A stretch of 64,000 nt of DNA from a virus. The DNA lies in IMG/VR virus record IMGVR_UViG_3300010399_000036, positions 17,119 through 81,118 of that record; one strand, given 5' to 3'. Made by a program: the position numbers and the translations under genes. The notes beneath the pieces are model-generated. The model worked only from the letters and a program-made list of their open reading frames with translations, was not told where the DNA came from and did no database searches. This document shows positions 1 through 9,913 of the stretch, one piece after another. Numbering within the stretch: the stretch's first letter is position 1; every line of letters begins with the position of its first letter.

Positions 1-2
1 AC

Positions 3-443
3 GTTCTGTACGTGCGCGCGTGGGACGCGGCGGGTAACGCAGGAGATTCAGCAAAGGTGAAGTTCACGGTGAAGAACGTTGCGCCTGCACCAACACCGAC
101 CCCTGAGCCAGTGCCAACACCCACGCCTACTCCCACTCCAACCCCAACTCCGACTCCAACACCTGTGCCGCCTGCTCCATGTGCAATGACGATCAATGCG
201 CCAACGATTCCAGCATGGGGCACGGGCAAGTTGGTGGTTACGCTTACTGGATTGACTGGGCCGGGAGTGGTGAAAGTTGTTTCCAACTCAGGCCAAATTA
301 CTGTTAGCCCTGCGTCTAAGTCAGTGAGCCCTGGTGCTACAAGCGTAATTGCAGAGTTTCAGTTGCAGGCAAAGAAGAAGTCAGGAAGCATTACTGTGAG
401 TGGACCATGTGGGGTGCAAACTGTGCCGGTGAATGTGCGGTGA
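3..443 (+). CDS. C-terminal part of an Ig-like domain protein with Pro-Thr linker (5' end outside window)
   Basis: Frame is open from position 3 (VLYVRAWDAAGN, a typical Ig-like domain ending), followed by a PT repeat and a beta-rich C-terminal domain. Confidence 0.6.
   Translation, partial: VLYVRAWDAAGNAGDSAKVKFTVKNVAPAPTPTPEPVPTPTPTPTPTPTPTPTPVPPAPCAMTINAPTIPAWGTGKLVVTLTGLTGPGVVKVVSNSGQITVSPASKSVSPGATSVIAEFQLQAKKKSGSITVSGPCGVQTVPVNVR
85..175 (+). repeat. Pro-Thr coding tandem repeat (linker)
   Basis: PAPTPTPEPVPTPTPTPTPTPTPTPTPVPP. Confidence 0.9.
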
Positions 444-520
444 GGACCGTTCGCAAATAAAGAAGACTTCTATGGCAGGATATTAGACAAGCATCGTGAA
501 CAGGGCAACGGAGGAAGGCT

Positions 521-796
521 ATGAAAATTGTTCCAAATCAAAGATTCATACATGACAAACAGGCATACGAACAGGGTCAGGAGTACGACGTGTCCGACGA
601 GTTAGGCCAATACTTCGATAATGTGGGATGGGTTGGTGACGATGAGGAAAAGGCGCACCGAAACCACAATATGAGGGCTGTTGACCTTGGGTTGCCGGTC
701 ACTGAGCCTGACGAAGCGGAAGTGGTGGTGTCGGAATTGGAAAAAGCCATCAGAAACATTAGATCGCGCAAAGAAACGGGAGTAAAGCTTGGCTAA
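521..796 (+). CDS. hypothetical protein
   Basis: 91-aa ORF with GGAGG RBS upstream. Confidence 0.7.
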   Translation: MKIVPNQRFIHDKQAYEQGQEYDVSDELGQYFDNVGWVGDDEEKAHRNHNMRAVDLGLPVTEPDEAEVVVSELEKAIRNIRSRKETGVKLG

Positions 797-841
797 CATT
801 GTTCTGACTAATCGACGCTGGAATAATCGGGAGGTGTAATT

Positions 842-1210
842 TTGGCGAAAATCGTACATGATGATGTCTTAGATGGCGCGTGGGATGTGCTGGACCAAGC
901 GGACTTGATGACCGTTTGCGCCGGGCAGCCAACCACACGCACGGAGGCGGTGACGACTTTTAAGCTTGCAGACACCGCTATGACGCCAAACACGGACTAT
1001 ACCAAAGCAAACGGGACTACCTCGGGGCGTAAGGTGACAACGGCGGCAAAGAGCGCTGTACCTGTTGACACGTCAGGCACGGCTGATCACGTTGCTTGGG
1101 TTGACGCTACCCGGTTGCTCTATGTGACGACTTGTACTTCACAAGTACTCACGGCGGGAAATAACGTGAACATTCCGGCCGTCTCGATGGAAATAGCAGA
1201 TCCGACCTAA
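842..1210 (+). CDS. putative virion structural protein (fibre-associated)
   Basis: GGAGG RBS, TTG start, Thr/Ala/Val-rich beta protein, directly upstream of the fibre genes. Confidence 0.6.
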   Translation: MAKIVHDDVLDGAWDVLDQADLMTVCAGQPTTRTEAVTTFKLADTAMTPNTDYTKANGTTSGRKVTTAAKSAVPVDTSGTADHVAWVDATRLLYVTTCTSQVLTAGNNVNIPAVSMEIADPT

Positions 1211-1227
1211 AAAGCGGCTGCCGAGAG

Positions 1228-1278
1228 TGCGATAATCACAACCTCGAATTAAGGCTCGGCGCACAGTCGAGCCTTTTG
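1228..1278 (+). promoter_or_regulatory. extended -10 element, ACAAC and leader hairpin/terminator before fibre gene
   Basis: TGcGATAAT at 1228-1236; AAGGCTCGGC/GTCGAGCCTT stem followed by T run. Confidence 0.5.
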
Positions 1279-1288
1279 TGTACACATC

Positions 1289-4228
1289 ATGGCAGTCTCA
1301 TTTCGTGTTACAGGTACATGGGCAGAGCTAATCGCCGATGGCTCTGTTGCGATTCCCGCGACTCCACAAGCAGGCGATCGGATGTACCTGTTTGCGCGCT
1401 GGAAAGATTTCTCGATTACTGCGCAAGTTACCTCACCAGCAGGCTGGACTGAATTAGTAGAGTTTGCTGACGGCTCAACCAGTTCTGGCAATGGGACGGG
1501 CTCTGTGAAAGTTGCTTGTTGGTATCGAGACTGGCAATCCGGAGACACAGACCCGACCATCGACTTTTCTGCAAGCCCAACTACAGCAAGCGCCGTAATC
1601 ATGGTAATGGCGAAAGCTGCGTCTGATTCGTGGCTAACTCCTGTCGCCGTTACTGCGGCAATGACGAATTGGACCACCTCTTCACAAACTGTTTCAGCAA
1701 GTTCTACGGCTAACGTTCTTGGCGGCGGAGTCGTCATGGGGCTGATCGGCATCCGTGATGACACTGCGACGATGACGCGGCCCACTAACGGGATTGACGA
1801 TTCAGCCGGGGCTATTACATGGAATGGAAACTATGTCGAATCTCCTGCAACACATCACTCGACTACTACGGGTGATGATGGCGCGGCAGACCTCGGTTAT
1901 CGGTTGGTAAGCGCGGGAGCAACCGCAACCCTACGCATGACAGGAACGATCTCCGCGGCAGAAACAGGAGCAGCGTTGTGGGTAGTTCAGGGTGTGGAAG
2001 CGAATCTCACTGTTCAGAATTCCAGTCACGCACATGCCGCAGCCAATGTCTCACTGACTCAGGTTCATTCGCTTGTGGTTGCTAATGCTAGTCATGCGCA
2101 GGCTGTCGGCAACATAACTCTCACGCAGGTCCATGGCATTGTTGTGCAAAACGCTTCTCACGCACATACCGCAGGCAGTCCCACGTTGACAGAGGTTTCT
2201 AATCTGACAGTTCAAAACAGTAGTCATGCTCACTCTGTTGAATCACTCACGCTTACTCAAGTTCATGCCCTGACAGTAGCGAACGCGACACATTCACACA
2301 TAGCGCAAAGTCCGAATGCGCGTACATTCCAAATCACCTGGCTCGACCCCGGTGGTGATGCGGTACAAGCAACAGGGTACTTCAACAATGTGATTACCGG
2401 GGCGGTGAGCTACGACGCCACGCACCAAGTTGCTGGAGTTGGTTCGTGGAAGTTTGACTCCGACACTGGGGCAGCGGCTTATGTCGAAGTGCTGGGAGTG
2501 CTGGACGCTAACCGTCGCATTAGCTTCTACTGGCGCTATGACTCGGTGCCGGATCATACGGAGACGAAGACGGAGTTTGCGGACACTAGCACCGTACAGG
2601 ACTATTCGGGTGGTGGGTTTAGTCTCCCCGGCGGTAGTAATAGCTGGAATGTTGATAACGGGGTGTATCACACTGCAACCCCAGCGAAGAACTCCGGTCA
2701 GGGAAATATTTGTACGTTTGCTGCTCTTGATGGCGGTGTCCCACTCTCCGCCGTCATCGACTCGGTAAAGATCATCTATGAGCGCAAGTTCGATGTGAAC
2801 ACCTCTATCGGCATCTCGCGTGTAAAGACGCGCATTGATGGCGTGGAAGGCCCGAACTATGACAACACCGACATGCCGCTGGTGGATACAGTCGTCACCG
2901 TTGACATCACCGCTGAACGGGCGTGGACGCCGCCAGACTTTGCCGCTGACGTGTTTGAAGTGATCGCCGAAGCTCGCCGTGGTGACACTGACACCGCCCA
3001 CACACAAAGTTGGGACTACGTGAAAGTGGAGGTTGTGTATCACTTGCCAGTGGGAATCATCACAGCAAATGATGGTCTAAGCGGCGACGAAGGGTGGCGT
3101 ATTGCAGTCACTCCAAAGGGCGATGGCGTAGTGTTGAGACTTGTCGAAGGTGACTTTAACGCTGGACAGGGAGCGGGCTATGACGGAATTACTGAACTAC
3201 TTGCAAATACACCTTATAGAATCGGCATCGGCTATGTAGTCCACGGTGCTGATGACCTAGAAGTAAAGCTATACATCAACAGTGTTGAGGAACTCTCAAT
3301 TGAGGGGGCTGCTACTGCTAGTAGTGACGGCACTCAGTTAACAGCTCTCCGCTACGGCTGGCTCGGCAACCCCGGTGCCGACCACCTCACATGGTTCACC
3401 CACCTGTACGTTGACGACGGCGACGACCTCACTGACCCCGGCAACAAGCTGACCACGGCTAAACTTCCTGCCTCTGTCAACCAGAACAACTGGACCACGA
3501 CAGGTGGGACTGGCGCGGTGGATGAGCGCCCGCTGAGTGAGACGAACTACAAGCGGCACTCAACCGCCATTGGCACCGTGCGTCAGACCTACACGCTACA
3601 GGATGCCGCTACTGGGGATGTGGACATCAGTGGCGAGACGATTGTCGGCTACATGGCATGGGCATGGGTTGAGGCTGACATCGGAGCGGACAGCGGCTAC
3701 GTCTACTTAGTTGTTAACGGGGAGGACTATGGTAACGAACTTCTGGACAGTCAGTTTGACGAGGTAGTTTCACTGGTCCGTCGCGCTGTCACAACAACCG
3801 CGTATCCATCCGATGCCGACGGTATTGGGGCGGCCTTGATCGACGTGGAAGATTTCACTGTTGTCATCCTCTACGAATGCGGCATCGTCGTCTGCTACGA
3901 AGGCCCTGACACTGACGACCCGCTGTTCCCGTTGCAACTGCTTGCCTCATCGGCCAGCACCAGCGACGATATGGGTGGAACGCCCCCTGCTGAATACGAG
4001 TTGAAGAACACAGTGCTGCCAGCCGCTGGCGCGGTGATGACGACGACGATTAGTTCCCGGACCGCTGAAGGTGAGGTGCCGCAACAGCAGGCTATCATCG
4101 AGACGCAGGGCGGTGACGAGACAGGGATAGTTGTCATCAGTCCCGGCGTGGAGGTAAGCGTAGACATCGACGTATCCGGCACCAACACCAGTGTGGAGTT
4201 GCGACGAGTGGACCAGACGGTAATCTAG
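1289..4228 (+). CDS. large fibre-like virion protein with about 5 HxH repeats of 22 aa and lectin/LamG-like domains
   Basis: 979 aa; N-terminal 'AGD...PAGWT' beta domain, repeats such as LTVQNSSHAHAAANVSLTQVHS, beta-sandwich C-terminal half. Confidence 0.65.
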   Translation: MAVSFRVTGTWAELIADGSVAIPATPQAGDRMYLFARWKDFSITAQVTSPAGWTELVEFADGSTSSGNGTGSVKVACWYRDWQSGDTDPTIDFSASPTTASAVIMVMAKAASDSWLTPVAVTAAMTNWTTSSQTVSASSTANVLGGGVVMGLIGIRDDTATMTRPTNGIDDSAGAITWNGNYVESPATHHSTTTGDDGAADLGYRLVSAGATATLRMTGTISAAETGAALWVVQGVEANLTVQNSSHAHAAANVSLTQVHSLVVANASHAQAVGNITLTQVHGIVVQNASHAHTAGSPTLTEVSNLTVQNSSHAHSVESLTLTQVHALTVANATHSHIAQSPNARTFQITWLDPGGDAVQATGYFNNVITGAVSYDATHQVAGVGSWKFDSDTGAAAYVEVLGVLDANRRISFYWRYDSVPDHTETKTEFADTSTVQDYSGGGFSLPGGSNSWNVDNGVYHTATPAKNSGQGNICTFAALDGGVPLSAVIDSVKIIYERKFDVNTSIGISRVKTRIDGVEGPNYDNTDMPLVDTVVTVDITAERAWTPPDFAADVFEVIAEARRGDTDTAHTQSWDYVKVEVVYHLPVGIITANDGLSGDEGWRIAVTPKGDGVVLRLVEGDFNAGQGAGYDGITELLANTPYRIGIGYVVHGADDLEVKLYINSVEELSIEGAATASSDGTQLTALRYGWLGNPGADHLTWFTHLYVDDGDDLTDPGNKLTTAKLPASVNQNNWTTTGGTGAVDERPLSETNYKRHSTAIGTVRQTYTLQDAATGDVDISGETIVGYMAWAWVEADIGADSGYVYLVVNGEDYGNELLDSQFDEVVSLVRRAVTTTAYPSDADGIGAALIDVEDFTVVILYECGIVVCYEGPDTDDPLFPLQLLASSASTSDDMGGTPPAEYELKNTVLPAAGAVMTTTISSRTAEGEVPQQQAIIETQGGDETGIVVISPGVEVSVDIDVSGTNTSVELRRVDQTVI

Positions 4229-4238
4229 GAGAGTAACG

Positions 4239-4514
4239 ATGAGTACTTGGGAACAACGCATGGGCGGTAAAGTGAAGCAGAGGAAGCGTCAACGCGATAG
4301 GGCAAAGCGGTATCGATACGCCTTTGGGCTAGCCCGAATCTACGAACTCGGACCACCACCCCTACCGCCTGAATGTCCACCTTGTTGCTGGGGTTATCAG
4401 TGGTATCAGAATCACTGGGTACTGTTTACCACCTGCGGCTACGACTGGACTGATGACTATTGCTCTCACGAGCATCACCGGAGTGACTTGCCGCCTTTAG
4501 CAATGACGGCTTAG
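4239..4514 (+). CDS. hypothetical Cys/His-rich protein
   Basis: AGGAG RBS; fills the gap between the two fibre genes. Confidence 0.5.
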   Translation: MSTWEQRMGGKVKQRKRQRDRAKRYRYAFGLARIYELGPPPLPPECPPCCWGYQWYQNHWVLFTTCGYDWTDDYCSHEHHRSDLPPLAMTA

Positions 4515-4521
4515 CACGAAT

Positions 4522-7332
4522 GTGGCAAACCCAACCGTCTTCAACGCCATAGCAACCAACCCCGGCGGTACGGGTTCCACTATCACTGTCACGCTCTCCA
4601 CCCACGCGGTCGGCGACCTGCTCATCATCTATGTCGCCAACACCGGCAACGTGCTGTGGACTGGCAACCCCACCGGCTGGTCCCGCATCGACCAGCGCAC
4701 TGTCGGCACCTCCACCAACGGCATCGTCGGCACCTGGCTGTGGCGTAAGGTGGTGTCAGGCGACACTCTGCCACTCACCAACCCACAGTGCACCCTCGGT
4801 GCCACCGTCACGCGCCTCGCTACTTGTCGCACCATTCGCGGCGCAGACCTCGAATCACCGTTCGTCACCCCCAACTACGGCCAGCGCGGCTTCAGCACCG
4901 GGACATCGAACCCTGCTCGTCCACCGACGGTGGTTACTTCAGCGCCAGAGATGCTCGCCCTGCACTGCTACGGCTCACGTGCAGCCACCAACGCGCCTGA
5001 CCCGTCTGGCTACACCGCAGACGCAGAGGCGATAGCCAGCGGAACATTAGTAATTAACGCCGCCAGTCAGGTAATCGCCGACCAGAACACCAGTCTCAGT
5101 AATCAGGATGCGTCACCCACCAGCGGCGCACGCTGGGCCTCAGGCATCATCTGCATTCCAAGCAAGGATTACCCCTACTCTCGTGCCGGGTCACAAGGCA
5201 GCCAGCTCAACGGCACCAGCGTGAACGTCACCTTGCCCACTGGAACCACCAGCAGCGATGTCAACGGCAATAAAGACTTGATTATCGCCACAGTCGAGGC
5301 AGTCGGTACAGCCCCGTCACCCAACAGCCCCGGCGACTGGACTGAAGTTGGCGGCGCGTGGTCAGGAACCACCTCCGGCGGTGCAACCACCATCCGCAAA
5401 TACTGGGCACTGTACGATGGCTCAATAGACGCTCGGTTCAACCGCACTGGGTCAGGGGAAATCAGCGCCTGCCTCACGACCTACTACAACTGCCATCAGA
5501 CTGCGCCGGTGGGATTGTCTGACGCCGATGCTCGCGCTTCATCAACCACTTCGACCTGGGACGCGGTATCACGGAGTTTTACGCACAGTCTTGTGCAAGC
5601 CACTTGTGTTGCCGATGCTGTCCCAACCTTCACTGCCCCTGCTGGATGGACCGAGCGCATGGATGGATTAGGCATTGCCTGCGCTGATCAAACCTTCAAC
5701 GCCACGGGTTCCACGGCGAGCGCGTCGTTCACGCTCTCGACTGCCAGTCCGACGCTGGTGGGTCTGGTGGAGATTAAGAGTCCAACCGGGGTTGGGTCGA
5801 TCGATCTGATAATACAGAACGCGGCGCACTCACACACGGCTGCTAATGCAGTGCTCACCCAAGTCCATGCTTTAGTAATCGCTAACGCTGCTCACAGTCA
5901 CTCAGCGGGGAATATCGCCTTAACTCAAGTTCACGAGCTCGCGGTTCAGAATAGTCTCCACTCGCACTCAGCAACCAGCCCAGTAGTCACACAAGTCCAC
6001 GCACTTACGGTTCAAGGCGGCCCACATGCTCACACCGCTGAAAGTCCAACACTGACTCAAATCCATGTGTTGAGCGTGGCGAGCGGTGTTCATTCGCACT
6101 CCAGTGAGAATGCGGTGCTGGTGCAGGCTCATCAATTGACAGTGAGTAGCGCGACTCACGATCACACCGCTGAGAGCATCGCGCTTACGCAGACTTACAA
6201 CTTAACTATCGCATCGGGAACTCATGCACACTCCAGCGAGAACGTAAGCATAGTCATTGTGTTGGGTGTAGACGCAGCGACTCACGGCCATCTTGCGCAG
6301 AATGTTGACCTAACGCAGGTCCACGAACTTGTCGTCGCAAACGGTGCCCATGCGCATATCGCCGAATCGCCTGCCTTAACACAAACCCACGCGATACAGG
6401 TTGACGATACAAGTCATGCCCATGTGGCAGATTCCACGACCCTGACCCAGGTTCATATCCTGACGGTTGCGGACGCGGTTAACGGTCACACGGCAGCCAG
6501 TTTAAGCCTTATCCAGGTCCACGAGCTCGCCGTCGCCGACAGTGCGCACAGTCACGCAGCCCAGTCGGTCGCGCTCGTTCAGGAACACGCGCTGCAACCT
6601 GCCGACGCGAGCCACGCGCAGACTGCGGACTCGCCAACACTCACACAGGTTCACGCCCTGTCAGTTGCCGATGCTACTCACGGACACTCTGCTGCGTCTC
6701 CATCTCTAACCCAGTCCCACGAACTGGTTGTCGCTTCGACTTTGCATGGACATAGCGCAGAGAATGCCGACGTGAATCAGGCTGCCGTTTTGGTTCTCCA
6801 GAATGCGACCCATGAGCATTCGGCTGAAACGGTAGGGTTAACACAGGCGCATCTGATCGCCATTGATGACGGAGCCCACGCCCACACAGCCGAACACCAG
6901 GTGCTCACTCAGATCCATAACCTTACGATACATAACAGTGCTCACGAGCATTTAACTTCGAGTGTTGTTCTTAGTGCTGCGACTGACCTGATAGTAAGCG
7001 ACGGTGCGCATAGTCATACGGCGGACGGTTTGTCGTTGACACAAACTCAGAACCTAAGCCTCCAATCAGCGGTACACTCACATTCGGCTGATGATCTTGC
7101 TATTTCTCAGGCCCATGGCTTAGCTATTGAGAGCGCAAGCCACGGTCACGTAGCACAAAACGTAGTTTTAGGTTTAGCAAACGCTCTTGTTATTTCCAAT
7201 TCAGTTCATGGACACACGACAAGTGGTGTCTTATTGGTGTGGCCGATACCGATCGATATGTACGTGATACCCGAGAGTTCGCAGTTCATGACGATACCGA
7301 CTTCAAGCCAGATTTTTCAGATTGATCGGTAG
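4522..7332 (+). CDS. large fibre-like virion protein with about 22 HxH repeats of 22 aa
   Basis: 936 aa; two N-terminal 'DL...PxxW' domains, then a continuous LxVxxxxHxHxAxxxxLTQxHx array. Confidence 0.7.
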   Translation: MANPTVFNAIATNPGGTGSTITVTLSTHAVGDLLIIYVANTGNVLWTGNPTGWSRIDQRTVGTSTNGIVGTWLWRKVVSGDTLPLTNPQCTLGATVTRLATCRTIRGADLESPFVTPNYGQRGFSTGTSNPARPPTVVTSAPEMLALHCYGSRAATNAPDPSGYTADAEAIASGTLVINAASQVIADQNTSLSNQDASPTSGARWASGIICIPSKDYPYSRAGSQGSQLNGTSVNVTLPTGTTSSDVNGNKDLIIATVEAVGTAPSPNSPGDWTEVGGAWSGTTSGGATTIRKYWALYDGSIDARFNRTGSGEISACLTTYYNCHQTAPVGLSDADARASSTTSTWDAVSRSFTHSLVQATCVADAVPTFTAPAGWTERMDGLGIACADQTFNATGSTASASFTLSTASPTLVGLVEIKSPTGVGSIDLIIQNAAHSHTAANAVLTQVHALVIANAAHSHSAGNIALTQVHELAVQNSLHSHSATSPVVTQVHALTVQGGPHAHTAESPTLTQIHVLSVASGVHSHSSENAVLVQAHQLTVSSATHDHTAESIALTQTYNLTIASGTHAHSSENVSIVIVLGVDAATHGHLAQNVDLTQVHELVVANGAHAHIAESPALTQTHAIQVDDTSHAHVADSTTLTQVHILTVADAVNGHTAASLSLIQVHELAVADSAHSHAAQSVALVQEHALQPADASHAQTADSPTLTQVHALSVADATHGHSAASPSLTQSHELVVASTLHGHSAENADVNQAAVLVLQNATHEHSAETVGLTQAHLIAIDDGAHAHTAEHQVLTQIHNLTIHNSAHEHLTSSVVLSAATDLIVSDGAHSHTADGLSLTQTQNLSLQSAVHSHSADDLAISQAHGLAIESASHGHVAQNVVLGLANALVISNSVHGHTTSGVLLVWPIPIDMYVIPESSQFMTIPTSSQIFQIDR
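5806..7240 (+). repeat. degenerate 66-bp (22-aa) coding tandem repeat, about 22 copies
   Basis: Counted directly in the translation. Confidence 0.85.
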
Positions 7333-7338
7333 ATTTAT

Positions 7339-7626
7339 ATGGCAGAAGGAACGAGAGTTGATCCCTATATTAAAGACCCGGATTCAATACGGACTTTCGG
7401 CATAGATTGGGCGGCGTTTCTGGGTACGCTAACTTTCAACACTTCCCTATGGACGGTCACGACAGGGTCGGTGGCGATTGACTCAAACACAACCAATACA
7501 ACGTTTTCACTGGTGAAATTAAGTGGGGGCACGGTTGGTGAAAAGTGCGCACTACGAAATCGCGTAACCAGGTCAGACGGAGAGAGAGACGATCAAACCA
7601 TCTACGTGAAGATAAAGGAAAAGTGA
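7339..7626 (+). CDS. phage fibre adaptor-like protein (Gp77-like)
   Basis: KDPD...GIDW...LSGG...RVT..GERDDQTI pattern of small Ig-fold adaptor proteins found near terminase genes. Confidence 0.55.
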   Translation: MAEGTRVDPYIKDPDSIRTFGIDWAAFLGTLTFNTSLWTVTTGSVAIDSNTTNTTFSLVKLSGGTVGEKCALRNRVTRSDGERDDQTIYVKIKEK

Positions 7627-7786
7627 GCGAGTGAATTGGGCTGGTTTCATACTAGGTTTTACGATTGGGAGCCTGGCAACGCTCTTAGTGGTCCGTGTAG
7701 TCGTCTTGTGGAAAGCATATATGAAGATAATGCGCGACACGATACTAAATTTAAGGAAAGCAGTGAGCGACCTTGAGAGCTAGGAA

Positions 7787-8287
7787 GTGAAAAAGGCCAG
7801 CAAAAATGACAGGTCCGCACAGGCGGGAGACAGCAATAAGCGGACATCCCGCGTACAGCTTAAAAAGGCTGAAGAGTTTCTTGATGTGTTGCGTCAAACC
7901 GGGGGAAACGTAAGTCGGGCATGTGCTGCTATTTCGCTAACTCGCTCGCGGGCTTATGAATGGCGCACTGCTGACCCTCTATTTGCGGCCGCGTGGGACG
8001 AAGCGGTGGAGTTGGGAACGGACGAACTCGAAGAAGAGGCCAGGCGACGAGCATTTAGTGGCGTTGATGAGCCCGTATTCTATCAAGGTGAAGTTTGCGG
8101 CGAGGTTCGGAAATACTCAGACACGCTTCTAATCTTCTTGCTTAAGGGACGTCGGCCCGACAAGTACCGTGAGAGAGTTACGATAGATGTCAACCAACTT
8201 GACTCCGATATTGAGCGGGAACTGGCGCTCATTGCCGCCGGAAGCAAAGCAGATCCTTCTGGAGAAGCTGAAGAAGCGATCCACTAA
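7787..8287 (+). CDS. terS: terminase small subunit
   Basis: N-terminal HTH and LEEEARRRA..GVDEPVFYQGE..GEVRKYSDTLLIFLLKG motif; directly upstream of TerL. Confidence 0.85.
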   Translation: MKKASKNDRSAQAGDSNKRTSRVQLKKAEEFLDVLRQTGGNVSRACAAISLTRSRAYEWRTADPLFAAAWDEAVELGTDELEEEARRRAFSGVDEPVFYQGEVCGEVRKYSDTLLIFLLKGRRPDKYRERVTIDVNQLDSDIERELALIAAGSKADPSGEAEEAIH

Positions 8288-9605
8288 TTCCCTATCGCTC
8301 AGTGCTCCAGAGTTCCGTGGAGCAAACCTTGAAATACAGTCATACACCGGCACGGAGTACATGCTTGCCGGCCCTGCCGAAACCGGAAAGACGTGGGCAA
8401 CCTTATGGCGTCTTAATGGCCTGCTGAGCGCAACTCCCCACGCTTCCGGTGCTCTTGTTCGCAAGGTCGCCGCCGACATTAACCCCACGGTCCTCGTCAC
8501 ATACAAAAAACTCGTTGTGGCAAGCGCTAGCCGATCCATTCCATACGGAGGCGAGAAGCCGGAATGGTTCGACTACCCGAACGGGGCACGTCTTTACATT
8601 GGCGGCATGGACAGGCCCGGAAAAGTGCTATCTGGTGAGCGTGATTTTATATATGTCAATCAAGCGGAGGAGTTAACGCTTGACGATTGGGAAGTTCTAT
8701 CTACACGGTGTACAGGGCGAGGGGCCGTCACGTCTACACCAATGCTTTTCGGAGATTGTAACCCTGGTCCGGAGGATCACTGGATTTTAAAGCGTGTGCC
8801 GCTCAAGGTGTTCCATTCGAGGCACGAAGACAACCCGTCACTTTATGATAGTGAGGGTAATCTTACGGAGCAGGGCAAGCGCTCAATGAGCAAGCTCGAC
8901 GCGCTCACTGGGGTCCGCCGCAGTCGCCTTCGGTTAGGGCTGTGGGTCGGCGCGGAAGGACTGTTTTTTGAGGAATGGGACGAGGACTTGCACGTCTGCG
9001 AGCCGTTCAGTATTCCGGGTGACTGGCCCGTCTGGGGATCGTTGGATTACGGTTTTGCGCATCCCACGGCATTCGGTCTATTCACCGAAGATAATGACGG
9101 TCGTATCTACTTAATCGGTGAACACGTTAGATCTGGATGGTTGCCGCCAGCGCATTGTAAGGCGATCCGGCGCTTAGCCGAGCGTTGCGGTATTGAGTGG
9201 CGGAGAGTAAGACAGATCGTAGCTGGGCACGATTGCTTTCAGCAACGCGGAGACCGCGAGGCTAAAACAATTGCCGACCAATACGCAGAGGCGCGCGATC
9301 CCGACACGGGAGAGGCAATCGGCCTAAGACTCGAAAAGGCTACTATTGATCGGATAACCGGCGCACAAGAACTATTAAGCCGGTTAGGTAACGCGGCCGT
9401 CGGAATTGCGTCGCGGCTAAAACTGTTCTCAACTTGCACACGTACCAGAGCGGCGATACCCCGCATGGTAAAAGATCCGCGTGACCCTGAAGATATTCGG
9501 AAAGTAAACGCCGACGCTAACGGAGAAGGCGGCGACGATGAAATCGACATGTTGAGGTACGGCGTAATGGTCACGAAACCCAACGACCGCATCTTGTACG
9601 CCTAA
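8187..9605 (+). CDS. terL: terminase large subunit
   Basis: Walker A GPAETGKT, Walker B-like YVNQAEE, DCNP motif, nuclease LDYGFAHPTA, C-terminal DDEIDMLRYG. Confidence 0.95.
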   Translation: MSTNLTPILSGNWRSLPPEAKQILLEKLKKRSTNSLSLSAPEFRGANLEIQSYTGTEYMLAGPAETGKTWATLWRLNGLLSATPHASGALVRKVAADINPTVLVTYKKLVVASASRSIPYGGEKPEWFDYPNGARLYIGGMDRPGKVLSGERDFIYVNQAEELTLDDWEVLSTRCTGRGAVTSTPMLFGDCNPGPEDHWILKRVPLKVFHSRHEDNPSLYDSEGNLTEQGKRSMSKLDALTGVRRSRLRLGLWVGAEGLFFEEWDEDLHVCEPFSIPGDWPVWGSLDYGFAHPTAFGLFTEDNDGRIYLIGEHVRSGWLPPAHCKAIRRLAERCGIEWRRVRQIVAGHDCFQQRGDREAKTIADQYAEARDPDTGEAIGLRLEKATIDRITGAQELLSRLGNAAVGIASRLKLFSTCTRTRAAIPRMVKDPRDPEDIRKVNADANGEGGDDEIDMLRYGVMVTKPNDRILYA

Positions 9606-9655
9606 AGTGTAGGATTCTAGTAGCGTAACCTCTACAGGTATCCTATAATCTCTAC

Positions 9656-9913
9656 ATGCCAAAACGGGTTCCCGAAGAGGCGAAGCGAGTCGCGCTGAAC
9701 TGCCTGGTGCTTCCAGAGACAAAGCGGTTTCTTGCAGAACAGGAGTGTTCGCAGGGCGAGGCCGTAGATCGCGCCGTTGCCGCACTGCGAACGCTGCCCA
9801 AGCCCTTTGTTGATGGAATGCTTAATCAGGGGCGCGGAAATCAAGATCCGAAAGTGCCAATGTGGAGACAGATCAAGCCTCCGATACTAAAGCCGAGCGA
9901 GAAGAAGAGATGA
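9656..9913 (+). CDS. small putative DNA-binding (RHH-like) protein
   Basis: RVALNCLVLPETKRFL...SQGEAVDRAV pattern; TATAAT 6 nt before the ATG. Confidence 0.5.
   Translation: MPKRVPEEAKRVALNCLVLPETKRFLAEQECSQGEAVDRAVAALRTLPKPFVDGMLNQGRGNQDPKVPMWRQIKPPILKPSEKKR

Noticed and set aside
5806-7240. 66-bp periodicity resembling a CRISPR array
   Set aside because: It is a degenerate in-frame protein repeat with synonymous variation and no identical DNA repeat plus unique spacers
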